Shown: one piece after another, positions 1 to 8,625 of the stretch
How the letters are laid out: each line of letters starts with the position of its first letter
Position numbering within the stretch: the first letter of the stretch is position 1
Origin: a virus
Taxonomy: Duplodnaviria; Caudoviricetes
Length of the DNA: 57,428 nucleotides
Strand: one strand, 5' to 3'
IMG/VR virus record: IMGVR_UViG_3300046786_000092
Span: 1 to 57,428 of that record
Program-made: the position numbers and the translations under genes
Notes under the pieces: model-generated
What the model was told of the DNA's origin: nothing
Seen by the model: only the letters and a program-made list of their open reading frames with translations
Databases searched by the model: none

Positions 1-213
1 GTTGTATATGGCCTCGTACAAAAATCAGGAAAAATAGGTCTGTTAACCAAGGCTGGTTTACACAGCAGCCCACACACTTCTAAATGAGAATTATTATCAT
101 TAAAGTTTCATGCACTATATACTTAACAGTTCTGACTAGATACTTAACATACCCCCTACATGGACCAGAGGCTAGGGAGGTACAACATATTTCATTCTTT
201 CTAAAAGAAAAGC

Positions 214-241
214 TTGACATTGTTTTGTATATGTGTAAAAC
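214..241 (+). promoter_or_regulatory. sigma70-like promoter
   Basis: TTGACA (214-219), 16-nt spacer, TAAAAC (236-241). Confidence 0.55.
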
Positions 242-246
242 TACCA

Positions 247-705
247 GTACCTGCACCATGTATGCTTTTGACATACAGGCGATACGAAGAAAAAGTATAG
301 GCTACCTTCCGGCTACAGGTAAAGAAATGAGCTTGCAATCGGCTGCTGAAGAGAAAAGACTCGGGAGGGGAAACTTTGAGGCCTCATTGTTTCTCTTGTC
401 CTGAATACTGGCAGTGATGACACCTTACACTGACCAGACTAGACTTGATGTGGGTACTTGTTAAAAGCTGTTGCTAAAAGGGTGGGCTAACAACAGCCAT
501 AGATGAACACATCCCTTATGGGCTTTCTAGGTGTATGTTCTAGATATTAGGGGTAGGTAGTCTGTATTTCACTATGTGATATGTACAGAGTTCTTACAAG
601 TAATGGTAGTTGTTTCTTCATAGGACTTCTACCGTTACCTCTATAGACATACATTGGGATAGGTTGTTATGATTGGCATTAAATGCTGACATACCACCTT
701 AGCTA
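247..705 (+). ncRNA. Candidate large structured non-coding RNA or leader
   Basis: Follows a promoter, has no convincing ORF, and contains at least 8 hand-found helices (see findings). Confidence 0.45.
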
Positions 706-751
706 GGCTATGCTTGTGTTATTAATACAAAGTGTGTTAGCATGAAGCATT

Positions 752-1036
752 ATGGCAACACCTTTATACACAAGACAACAATTAGAGGACAGAGGACTAT
801 CAAACTCATATCCTTACAGTATGTTTAGCTTAGCCTCATTAGCTCTGCACAGGGGCTATGCAGACAAGATGCATTTGTTTCACAGTGATGTTTATTATGT
901 TAGAGCAGCACTGGAGAAAAACACAGGATATGTATTCCCCTTAGACAAGGTTGAAGAGGCTATGAGAGCTGAGGGATGGAAAGAACACAGACATCTTCCT
1001 AAGAAGAAACGACATGGCAACAAAATCAAAAGTTAA
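752..1036 (+). CDS. Hypothetical phage protein
   Basis: 94-aa ORF with normal composition, first gene of the + arm. Confidence 0.7.
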   Translation: MATPLYTRQQLEDRGLSNSYPYSMFSLASLALHRGYADKMHLFHSDVYYVRAALEKNTGYVFPLDKVEEAMRAEGWKEHRHLPKKKRHGNKIKS

Positions 1037-1190
1037 TGCTGCTGGTAATTACACCAAACCTGAGATGAGGAAGGCTTTATTCAATCAGATTAAAGCTGGT
1101 ACTAAGGGTGGTGATGCTGGTGAATGGTCTGCTAGGAAGGCTCAGCTTTTGGCTAAGCAATATAAAGCTAAGGGTGGTGGTTACAAATGA
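1014..1190 (+). CDS. Small basic protein (DUF5872-like N-part), not in ORF track
   Basis: Hand-translated 58 aa MATKSKVNAAGNYTKP...GEWSARKAQLLAKQYKAKGGGYK; ATGA overlap with next gene. Confidence 0.75.
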   Translation: MATKSKVNAAGNYTKPEMRKALFNQIKAGTKGGDAGEWSARKAQLLAKQYKAKGGGYK

Positions 1191-1417
1191 AGCCTTCTCA
1201 AGAGTCTCTTAAAGAGTGGACTAAGCAGAAGTGGACTACGAGTGATGGTAGTCCCTCTAAAGGAAAGAAGCGTTATCTTCCTGAGGCTGCTTGGAAGTCT
1301 TTGTCAGCTTCTGAGAAGGCTGCAACGAATAAAGCTAAAGCTGCAGGTGATAAAGCTGGTAAGCAGTTTGTTAAGCAGCCAAAGGCCATTGCTAAGAAAG
1401 TGAGTAAGTTCAGATGA
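1187..1417 (+). CDS. Small basic protein (DUF5872-like C-part)
   Basis: WTKQKW...GKKRYLPEAAW motif; Lys-rich; ATGA coupling on both sides. Confidence 0.75.
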   Translation: MKPSQESLKEWTKQKWTTSDGSPSKGKKRYLPEAAWKSLSASEKAATNKAKAAGDKAGKQFVKQPKAIAKKVSKFR

Positions 1418-1683
1418 TTACAAGAGCTGGTGAAGAGTTTTCAGGGTATAACAAGCCTAAGGCTACCCCTAAGCATCCTACGAAGAGTCATGCTGTGTTA
1501 GCCAAAGAGGGTGATAAAGTTAAGCTTATTCGATTTGGACAGCAGGGTGTTAAAGGTGCTGGTGCTCATCCAACTACAGAAAAAGAAAAAGCAAGGCAAA
1601 AGAGTTTTAAGGCTAGGCATGCTAAAGACATTGCCATAGGTAAGATGTCTGCAGGGTATTGGGCAGACAAAGTGAAATGGTAA
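1414..1683 (+). CDS. Small basic conserved phage protein
   Basis: KLIRFGQQG...KSFKARH...SAGYWA motif; coupled to upstream gene. Confidence 0.8.
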   Translation: MITRAGEEFSGYNKPKATPKHPTKSHAVLAKEGDKVKLIRFGQQGVKGAGAHPTTEKEKARQKSFKARHAKDIAIGKMSAGYWADKVKW

Positions 1684-1698
1684 CTAAAAGGAGAAACT

Positions 1699-1956
1699 AT
1701 GGCTACCGAAGCAGAAAAAGTAAAGATGTATAGAGAGAAGGCTAAAGATGAGTCTATCCCTCAAGAGGTGAGAAACACTTACCTAGACAGAGCTAATGAG
1801 CTGGAGCGTAAGATGTATGAAGCTGCTAAAGCTGGTACTACTCCTACTCCTTCTACTCCTCCAACTAAATTGGCAAAGGGTGGTATGATTGTTAATAAAG
1901 GTATTGGTGCTTCTATGAAGCCTCATAATGTGTTTGGTACAAAGGGGAAGAAATAA
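1699..1956 (+). CDS. Small protein with LAKGG motif
   Basis: SD AAGGAG upstream; 85 aa. Confidence 0.8.
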   Translation: MATEAEKVKMYREKAKDESIPQEVRNTYLDRANELERKMYEAAKAGTTPTPSTPPTKLAKGGMIVNKGIGASMKPHNVFGTKGKK

Positions 1957-2174
1957 TGGCTATGAACAAACCAATTAAAGAAGGTAAAGAAACTTACGCT
2001 TCTAAAGGTGCAATGATGAAGCATGAGAAGAAAGAGCCTATGAAGAAAGAGAAGGCTGAAGAGAAGATGGCTAAGGGTGGTATGGCTAAGAAGCCAGCTA
2101 TTGCCATTATGATTGGTGTTGGTAAACCTAAGGCTAAGATGGCTAAAGGCGGCATGGCTAAGAAGAAGTGCTGA
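1956..2174 (+). CDS. Lys/Met-rich small protein with two MAKGG motifs
   Basis: TAATG coupling; 72 aa, highly basic. Confidence 0.8.
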   Translation: MAMNKPIKEGKETYASKGAMMKHEKKEPMKKEKAEEKMAKGGMAKKPAIAIMIGVGKPKAKMAKGGMAKKKC

Positions 2175-2175
2175 T

Positions 2176-2346
2176 ATGGCAACAACTCCTAAGCTCTCTA
2201 AGAAGCAGCAAGCCAAGGTTGGCAAAGTGATGCATGAGTTCAAGACTGGCACTCTGCATTCTGGCAAAGGTGGCAAGGTTGTTAAAAACCCAAAGCAGGG
2301 CATTGCCATTGCTTTGTCTGAAGCTTCACGGATGAAGAAGAAGTAA
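2176..2346 (+). CDS. Small basic protein (DUF6496-like)
   Basis: Start moved to MATTPK; KVMHEFKTGTLHSG...KNPKQGIAIALSEA motif. Confidence 0.75.
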   Translation: MATTPKLSKKQQAKVGKVMHEFKTGTLHSGKGGKVVKNPKQGIAIALSEASRMKKK

Positions 2347-3587
2347 TGATATATTCTTATCCAAGCCAGATACAAATAACTAGCAGTGGAAACACTGTTA
2401 GTTTTGGTGGTACTAACACAGATGCATTTGGAAGACTTCGTGTAAGTCAGCCATATACATTGTTTGATAGTCAGAATAGATATGCAATTGATAATCAATT
2501 CAGTACTTCCACTTCTGGTTCTGGAGCTGCTACTCATCTTTCTAATGAGTCTTCTGTAAGTATGGCTGTGTCTACCACCTCAGGTGATGAAGTGGTTAGA
2601 CAGACCTTTAGAGTGTTTCCCTACCAGCCCGGTAAGAGTTTGTTGTTATTGGCTACCTTTAAAATGGATACAGCCAAGACCAACTTGAGACAGAGGGTTG
2701 GTTATTTCAATACTGCCAATGGTGTGTTCTTAGAACAGGGTGCTAATGGTATTACCTTTGTTTTAAGAACATCTACCAGTGGTAGTGTTAGCGATGCTAG
2801 ATATGTAGCTAAGGCCAACTGGAATGGTGATAAGCTAGATGGTACTGGTGCTAGTGGTATCACTTTAGATTTAACCAAGACACAAATCTTGTTTATGGAT
2901 TTTGAGTGGCTTGGTGTTGGTAGTGTTAGGTGTGGATTTGTTATCAATGGTGAATTCATTGTTGCTCATACATTCCACAATGCAAATACACAAACATCTG
3001 TGTATATGACTACTGCCGTTCTGCCTATTCGTTATGAAATAACTAATACTGGAACTGTAGCTTCTTCATCAACAATGAAACAAATTTGTTCTTCGTTGAT
3101 GTCTGAAGGGGGGTACGAAGCCACCTCTATTGAACATTCAGCAAGAATGGTATCTACAACAACAGGAACATACTTAACAACAACATTTAAACCATTGGTG
3201 TCAATTAGAATGGCATCAACAGCTTTGGGTGCTGTAGTACTTCCTTACAATTTAAACTTCTTACCTACTACCTCAGACAATTATGAGTTAGCTTTATTTA
3301 AGAATACAACACTGACAACACCAACATGGACTGCAGTTTCTTCAGATGCTAATGTGGAACAAGACTTAGCATCCACTTCTATGTCTGGTGGTACTCTTGT
3401 ATATAGCGAATTCACCACAGGTAAATCAGGAAGAGTTCCTTTAGCTACTGGATCTGGTTATAACTGGGACTTGCAGCTAGGTACTTCTTTAACTGGTGTA
3501 AGTGATATTTATACACTAGCTGCTAGAACACTAGCTTCGACTGGTGGCGGTATAGGTTCTCTTTCTTTTTATGACTTAACACAATGA
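2346..3587 (+). CDS. Putative virion structural protein (beta-rich)
   Basis: 413 aa, Ser/Thr/Gly-rich, DAFGRLRVS motif seen in phage structural proteins. Confidence 0.65.
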   Translation: MIYSYPSQIQITSSGNTVSFGGTNTDAFGRLRVSQPYTLFDSQNRYAIDNQFSTSTSGSGAATHLSNESSVSMAVSTTSGDEVVRQTFRVFPYQPGKSLLLLATFKMDTAKTNLRQRVGYFNTANGVFLEQGANGITFVLRTSTSGSVSDARYVAKANWNGDKLDGTGASGITLDLTKTQILFMDFEWLGVGSVRCGFVINGEFIVAHTFHNANTQTSVYMTTAVLPIRYEITNTGTVASSSTMKQICSSLMSEGGYEATSIEHSARMVSTTTGTYLTTTFKPLVSIRMASTALGAVVLPYNLNFLPTTSDNYELALFKNTTLTTPTWTAVSSDANVEQDLASTSMSGGTLVYSEFTTGKSGRVPLATGSGYNWDLQLGTSLTGVSDIYTLAARTLASTGGGIGSLSFYDLTQ

Positions 3588-3919
3588 CCAGCAAAAATAG
3601 AAGCTTAGGGTTAACGCTAACAACTAGTAACGCAGATGTCTACATTGTGCCTACTAGTTTTAAAGCCACCATCGATTCCATCCTCATCAGTAATATCACA
3701 TCTTCGGCTGTTACTTTTAACTTAGACTGGTATAAATTGTCTAATACAACTTACTACCCGATTGCTACCACTGTGAGGATGGAACCTAACAGTGTGTTAC
3801 AAATTACAGATGCGTTGTATCTGGAAGCTGGTGATAAATTAAGAGGACTGGCAAGTGCTGGTAGCTCTATTGTTGTATCTGTTCGAGTGAAAGAACAGTT
3901 TGCCGTATCTAACTTGTAA
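3584..3919 (+). CDS. Small beta-rich structural protein, similar to 17572 and 20019 products
   Basis: T...VYxVP start and similar length and pattern to the two fibre-cassette small proteins. Confidence 0.65.
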   Translation: MTSKNRSLGLTLTTSNADVYIVPTSFKATIDSILISNITSSAVTFNLDWYKLSNTTYYPIATTVRMEPNSVLQITDALYLEAGDKLRGLASAGSSIVVSVRVKEQFAVSNL

Positions 3920-3928
3920 GGAAACATC

Positions 3929-4102
3929 ATGGCTACTAAATGGATTCAAGAAGCTATTAAGAAACCCGGTGCTTTGAGAAAAGAACTGGGTGTTAAGGAA
4001 GGCAAGACCATTCCTGCTAAAACATTGGCAAAGGCTGCTAAGGCTCCCGGTAAAACTGGACAAAGAGCTAGACTTGCACAAACATTGAAGAAGATGAAAT
4101 AA
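3929..4102 (+). CDS. Small basic protein, not in ORF track
   Basis: Hand-translated 57 aa MATKWIQEAIKKPGALRKELGVKEGKTIPAK...RARLAQTLKKMK; SD AAGGA; TAATG coupling to next gene. Confidence 0.8.
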   Translation: MATKWIQEAIKKPGALRKELGVKEGKTIPAKTLAKAAKAPGKTGQRARLAQTLKKMK

Positions 4103-4470
4103 TGGCTAAGAGAGAACTAAACGAACAGCAGAAGAAGTTCATTGAGGTGTTATTTGCTGAGGCTGGTGGTAATCCGGCTAAGGCAAGACAGCTTGCTGGC
4201 TACAGTGAAGGCTATGCCACTAAGATGATTATGGACACTCTCAAGGAAGAAGTGATTGAAGCTACACAGCTTTACATCGCCATGAATGCACCTCGTGCAG
4301 CTATGGCTGTTGTTAGTGGCATTGCTGATCCTACAGAGCTTGGCTTGAAAGAAAAACTCAATGCTGCTAAAGATTTGTTAGACAGGGCTGGTCTGGTGAA
4401 AACAGAAAAAGTTCAGGTGGAAGCACCTAACGGCATTATGATTTTGCCAGCCAAAGACAAGAGTGAGTGA
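4102..4470 (+). CDS. terS: Putative terminase small subunit
   Basis: LNEQQKKF...AGY HTH-like N-terminus, AAKDLLDRAG motif, upstream of TerL. Confidence 0.7.
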   Translation: MAKRELNEQQKKFIEVLFAEAGGNPAKARQLAGYSEGYATKMIMDTLKEEVIEATQLYIAMNAPRAAMAVVSGIADPTELGLKEKLNAAKDLLDRAGLVKTEKVQVEAPNGIMILPAKDKSE

Positions 4471-4936
4471 AAGAGACTTAGGGGCTTGGATACTTCCACA
4501 GCCTAGAGATAAGGAGACATATGTACCTATACCTAAAATTGGTAGAACTATACCGTTTGGCTACAGACAAGATGAAACAGATCCTGACCTCTTGCAGCCA
4601 ATACCTGCGGAACTTGAAGCGTTAGAAAAAGCTAAGAAGCATCTGAAACAATATCCTTCTAGGCAGGTAGCTGCTTGGTTGACTAAGGTGAGTGGCAGAG
4701 AGATTAGTCATGTTGGTCTTTTAAAGCGAATAAAGAATGAGCGAAAGCACGGATACAAATCCACTACTTACCGCAACCTTGCCCGAAGGCTCCAAAAAGC
4801 CCTTGAGCAAGCGCAGAGGTACGAAAAGAGGCTCGGCAAAGAAGACCAAAGCGGATACTTCGAGTCAGAAAGCTACAGCAAGCTTACCGAATATATCGAT
4901 AGCAAGCTCGCCAGAGACACCTCTAGCGATTCCTGA
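4463..4936 (+). CDS. Putative DNA-binding protein (PFGY/recombinase-like HTH domain)
   Basis: IPFGY then SRQVAAWL...ISHVGL helix pattern; lies between terS and terL. Confidence 0.6.
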   Translation: MSERDLGAWILPQPRDKETYVPIPKIGRTIPFGYRQDETDPDLLQPIPAELEALEKAKKHLKQYPSRQVAAWLTKVSGREISHVGLLKRIKNERKHGYKSTTYRNLARRLQKALEQAQRYEKRLGKEDQSGYFESESYSKLTEYIDSKLARDTSSDS

Positions 4937-6335
4937 AGACAGGGAAGTATTGTTTAAGCCCAACCCCGGGCCTCAAACATTCTTCTTAGCATCATCAGAG
5001 AGGGAAGTGTTGTATGGTGGTGCTGCTGGTGGTGGTAAATCTTATGCCATGCTTGCAGATCCGCTTAGGTATATGGTGCATCCACAGTTTTCTGGGTTGC
5101 TTTTGCGTCACACGACAGAAGAACTTCGAGAACTTATCTGGAAAAGCCAAGAGCTTTATCCAAAGATTTACCCCGGCATCAAGTGGAGTGAGCGAAAGAT
5201 GCAGTGGGAAGCACCATCAGGGGCTAGACTATGGATGTCTTACCTTGATAGAGATGAAGATGTGTTGAGATATCAGGGTTTAGCGTTTAGCTGGATTGGT
5301 TTTGATGAGTTGACGCAGTGGCATACGCCATTTCCGTGGAACTATATGCGTTCTCGACTGCGTACAGCAGCGTCAGACCTACCAATCTTCATGAGAGCCA
5401 CTACCAATCCGGGTGGACCGGGTCATGCTTGGGTGAAGAAGATGTTTATTGACCCTTCTCCAGCAGGAAAAGCCTTCGATGCCACCGATATTGAGAGTGG
5501 AACCACCCTAGTGTATCCCAAAGGACACAGTAAAGAGGGGCAACCGCTGTTTAAGCGTAGGTTTATCCCTGCTATGTTGACGGATAACCCCTATTTGATG
5601 CAAACAGGTGACTATGAGACGATGTTGTTGTCTCTTCCTGAGCATCAACGCAAGCAATTGCTAGAAGGTAACTGGGATATTGCAGAAGGTGCTGCATTTC
5701 CTGAGTTTAATAGGCAGATTCATGTGGTTGAACCCTTTGACATCCCTAAAAACTGGGCAAAGTTCAGGGCTTGTGACTACGGCTACGGCAGTTATAGTGC
5801 TGTTGTGTGGTTTGCTGTAGCTCCTAGTGAGCAATTGGTAGTTTATCGTGAACTTTATGTTAGCAAAGTACTTGCTAAGGATTTAGCTCACATGGTTTTG
5901 AAGGCTGAGGAAAATGATGGGACTATCCGCTATGGTGTTCTTGATAGTAGTTGCTGGCATAAGCGTGGTGACACAGGTCCGTCTCTTGCTGAGCAAATGA
6001 TCTTGGAAGGTTGTAGGTGGAGGCCAGCAGATCGTAGTGCAGGTAGCCGTGTATCAGGTAAGAATGAGATACACCGTAGACTTCAGCTCGATCCCTTTAC
6101 AGAACAACCAAGAATGGTTATAACAAGCAACTGTATCAATACAATTGCACAGCTTCCTATCATTCCTTTGGATAAAAGAAACCCAGAAGATATTGATACG
6201 AAGTCAGAGGATCACTTATATGATGCTCTTCGGTATGGAATTATGAGTAGACCCAGAAGTAGTATTTGGGACTATAATCCAGCCACATCTAAACCCTCTG
6301 GTTTAATTGTTGCTGATCCAGTGATGGGATATTAA
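4737..6335 (+). CDS. terL: Terminase large subunit
   Basis: Walker A GGAAGGGKS, Walker B IGFDE, ATTNPGG coupling motif, nuclease DYGY and DHLYDALRY; start position uncertain. Confidence 0.95.
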   Translation: MSESTDTNPLLTATLPEGSKKPLSKRRGTKRGSAKKTKADTSSQKATASLPNISIASSPETPLAIPEDREVLFKPNPGPQTFFLASSEREVLYGGAAGGGKSYAMLADPLRYMVHPQFSGLLLRHTTEELRELIWKSQELYPKIYPGIKWSERKMQWEAPSGARLWMSYLDRDEDVLRYQGLAFSWIGFDELTQWHTPFPWNYMRSRLRTAASDLPIFMRATTNPGGPGHAWVKKMFIDPSPAGKAFDATDIESGTTLVYPKGHSKEGQPLFKRRFIPAMLTDNPYLMQTGDYETMLLSLPEHQRKQLLEGNWDIAEGAAFPEFNRQIHVVEPFDIPKNWAKFRACDYGYGSYSAVVWFAVAPSEQLVVYRELYVSKVLAKDLAHMVLKAEENDGTIRYGVLDSSCWHKRGDTGPSLAEQMILEGCRWRPADRSAGSRVSGKNEIHRRLQLDPFTEQPRMVITSNCINTIAQLPIIPLDKRNPEDIDTKSEDHLYDALRYGIMSRPRSSIWDYNPATSKPSGLIVADPVMGY

Positions 6336-6344
6336 AGGTAAATT

Positions 6345-8441
6345 ATGGCAGAGAAACAATCTTTCATGGACAGTGATCCTATTGCACTGAATGATATTAA
6401 GAAAGATGGGGAAGATACTTTCCAAGCAGATTCACTTGTTAAGTATATTCAACAGCTTTTTAGTAAGTCTGAAGAAAGTCGTATCACTGACGAAACTCGT
6501 TGGTTGAAAGCTTATAGAAATTATCGTGGCCTGTATGGTCCTGATGTTCAATTCACTGAGACAGAGAAGTCTCGTGTGTTTATTAAAGTTACAAAGACAA
6601 AGACACTGGCTGCATATGGTCAGATTACAGATGTCTTGTTTGCTAATAATAGATTTCCTTTATCTGTAGATCCTACACCTATTCCTGATGGTGTATCTGA
6701 CTCTGTTCACTTCGATCCAACAGAGCCACCCGGAATGGAAGATACAGAACTTGACTTGCCTTCTATGCCTTTTGGTTATAAAGGTGATGGTAATGAACTT
6801 CCTCCCGGAACTACAGCATACAACCTTGGTCCTCTCAAGAACAAACTGAAAGATGTTAAGAACATCAAAGAAGGTCCGGGTGCTACACCTACCAGCATTA
6901 CATTCCATCCTGCTGCTGTTGCAGCTAAGAAGATGGAGAAGAAGATTCATGACCAGTTAGATGAGAGTGGTGCTAACAAGCATCTTCGTTCTACTGCGTT
7001 TGAGATGGCTCTGTTTGGTACAGGCATTATGAAGGGTCCATTTGCCCTAAATAAAGAATATCCAAACTGGGATGAGACAGGCAAGTATACGCCTACGATG
7101 AAAACTGTTCCTGAAGTTTCTCATGTTTCTATATGGAACTTCTATTGGGATCCAGATGCAGTGAACATGGATCAATGCCAGTATGTTATTGAGCGTCATA
7201 AGATGAGCAGAACAGAACTGTATGCATTGAAGAGAAGACCTTTCTTCCGTGGCAATGTCATTGATCAAGTTGTTGAAGGTGGCGAAGGCTACATCAAGAA
7301 GTATTGGGAAGATGATCTTAGAGACTATGCTCCTCGCTTCGGTGTTAACAGATATGAAGTGTTGGAGTTCTGGGGCAATGTCTCTATCGACTTGCTCAAA
7401 GAGAATGATGTAGAGATTCCCAAAGAACTTGAAGACATGGAAGAGTTGCAAGCCAACATCTGGTATTGCAATGGCTCTATCTTGCGTCTTGTTCTCAATC
7501 CATTCAAACCAGCAAAGATTCCCTATCACGCTGCTCCGTATGAACTGAACCCATACTCACTTGCTGGTATTGGTGTTGGTGAAAACATGAGCGATACACA
7601 GATGCTCATGAATGGTTTCATGCGTATGGCTGTGGATAATGCTGTGTTGTCTGGTAACTTGGTGTTTGAGATTGACGAAACCAATATGGTTCCCGGTCAA
7701 GAACTCTCTGTCTATCCCGGCAAAGTGTTTAGAAGACAAGGCGGTGCTCCCGGTCAAAGCTTGTTTGGAACTAAGTTTCCCAATGTGGCTGCTGAAAATT
7801 TGCAACTGTTCGATAAGGCAAGACAACTTGCTGACGAATCAACAGGCATTCCATCGTTCTCTCATGGACAGACAGGTGTATCTGGTGTAGGCCGTACTGC
7901 TGCTGGTATCAGCATGTTGATGAATGCTGCATCAGGTAACATTAAAACTGTTATCAAGAACATTGATGACTACTTGCTTGAGCCTTTGGGTAAAGCCTTC
8001 TTCAGCTTTAACATGCAGTTTGATTTTGATGCTGAGATCAGAGGTGACTTGGAAGTTAAGGCTAAGGGTACAGAAAGCTTGATGGCTAATGAAGTTAGAA
8101 GCCAGCGATTAATGCAATTCTTGCAAATCGCTAGTTCTCCAGCTTTGATGCCGTTTGCTAAGTTTCCTTACATCATCAAAGAAATTGCAAAGAGTATGGA
8201 CTTAGATCCAGACAAGGTGACTAACAGTATGGAAGAGGCTGCATTGCAAGCCTACCTGCTGAAACAACATCAGGAAGCAACAGGCACTACGCCTCCTGCT
8301 CCTGCTGAAGGTGCTCCCGGTGTACAAGATATGACTGGTGGCGGTGGTGGTAATATTGGCGTTGGTGCTGCACCAGTGCCGGGTGAACAAGGATTTGCAG
8401 GTAATGTCCAACAGCAACAAGCCGTTCCTCCCCAAGCTTAA
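6345..8441 (+). CDS. Portal protein
   Basis: 698 aa directly after TerL; FGTGIMKG, PYELNPY..GIG and RTAAGISMLM motifs of podovirus portals. Confidence 0.88.
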   Translation: MAEKQSFMDSDPIALNDIKKDGEDTFQADSLVKYIQQLFSKSEESRITDETRWLKAYRNYRGLYGPDVQFTETEKSRVFIKVTKTKTLAAYGQITDVLFANNRFPLSVDPTPIPDGVSDSVHFDPTEPPGMEDTELDLPSMPFGYKGDGNELPPGTTAYNLGPLKNKLKDVKNIKEGPGATPTSITFHPAAVAAKKMEKKIHDQLDESGANKHLRSTAFEMALFGTGIMKGPFALNKEYPNWDETGKYTPTMKTVPEVSHVSIWNFYWDPDAVNMDQCQYVIERHKMSRTELYALKRRPFFRGNVIDQVVEGGEGYIKKYWEDDLRDYAPRFGVNRYEVLEFWGNVSIDLLKENDVEIPKELEDMEELQANIWYCNGSILRLVLNPFKPAKIPYHAAPYELNPYSLAGIGVGENMSDTQMLMNGFMRMAVDNAVLSGNLVFEIDETNMVPGQELSVYPGKVFRRQGGAPGQSLFGTKFPNVAAENLQLFDKARQLADESTGIPSFSHGQTGVSGVGRTAAGISMLMNAASGNIKTVIKNIDDYLLEPLGKAFFSFNMQFDFDAEIRGDLEVKAKGTESLMANEVRSQRLMQFLQIASSPALMPFAKFPYIIKEIAKSMDLDPDKVTNSMEEAALQAYLLKQHQEATGTTPPAPAEGAPGVQDMTGGGGGNIGVGAAPVPGEQGFAGNVQQQQAVPPQA

Positions 8442-8625
8442 ACAGCTTGCTAGTAACCATTTACAGTGGGAAGCTTTCTGCGATATGCTTGACTACAATG
8501 TAGCTCAGCAACAAAGAAAGCTTGAACAAGCTGTAGAGATGAGTGATGTTTTTAAGGCACAAGGAGCCATTGCTGCTTTGCGCCATCTTAAATATTTGAG
8601 AGATGAAGTAAATGCTGAACAATGA
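8404..8625 (+). CDS. Small post-portal helical protein
   Basis: Start moved to MSNSNK; ...KAQGAIAALRHL motif typical of the gene after the portal. Confidence 0.7.
   Translation: MSNSNKPFLPKLKQLASNHLQWEAFCDMLDYNVAQQQRKLEQAVEMSDVFKAQGAIAALRHLKYLRDEVNAEQ

Noticed and set aside
80-404. ORFs 84..404 (+) and 80..274 (-)
   Set aside because: No SD, atypical composition, and they span a promoter and a structured region; likely spurious
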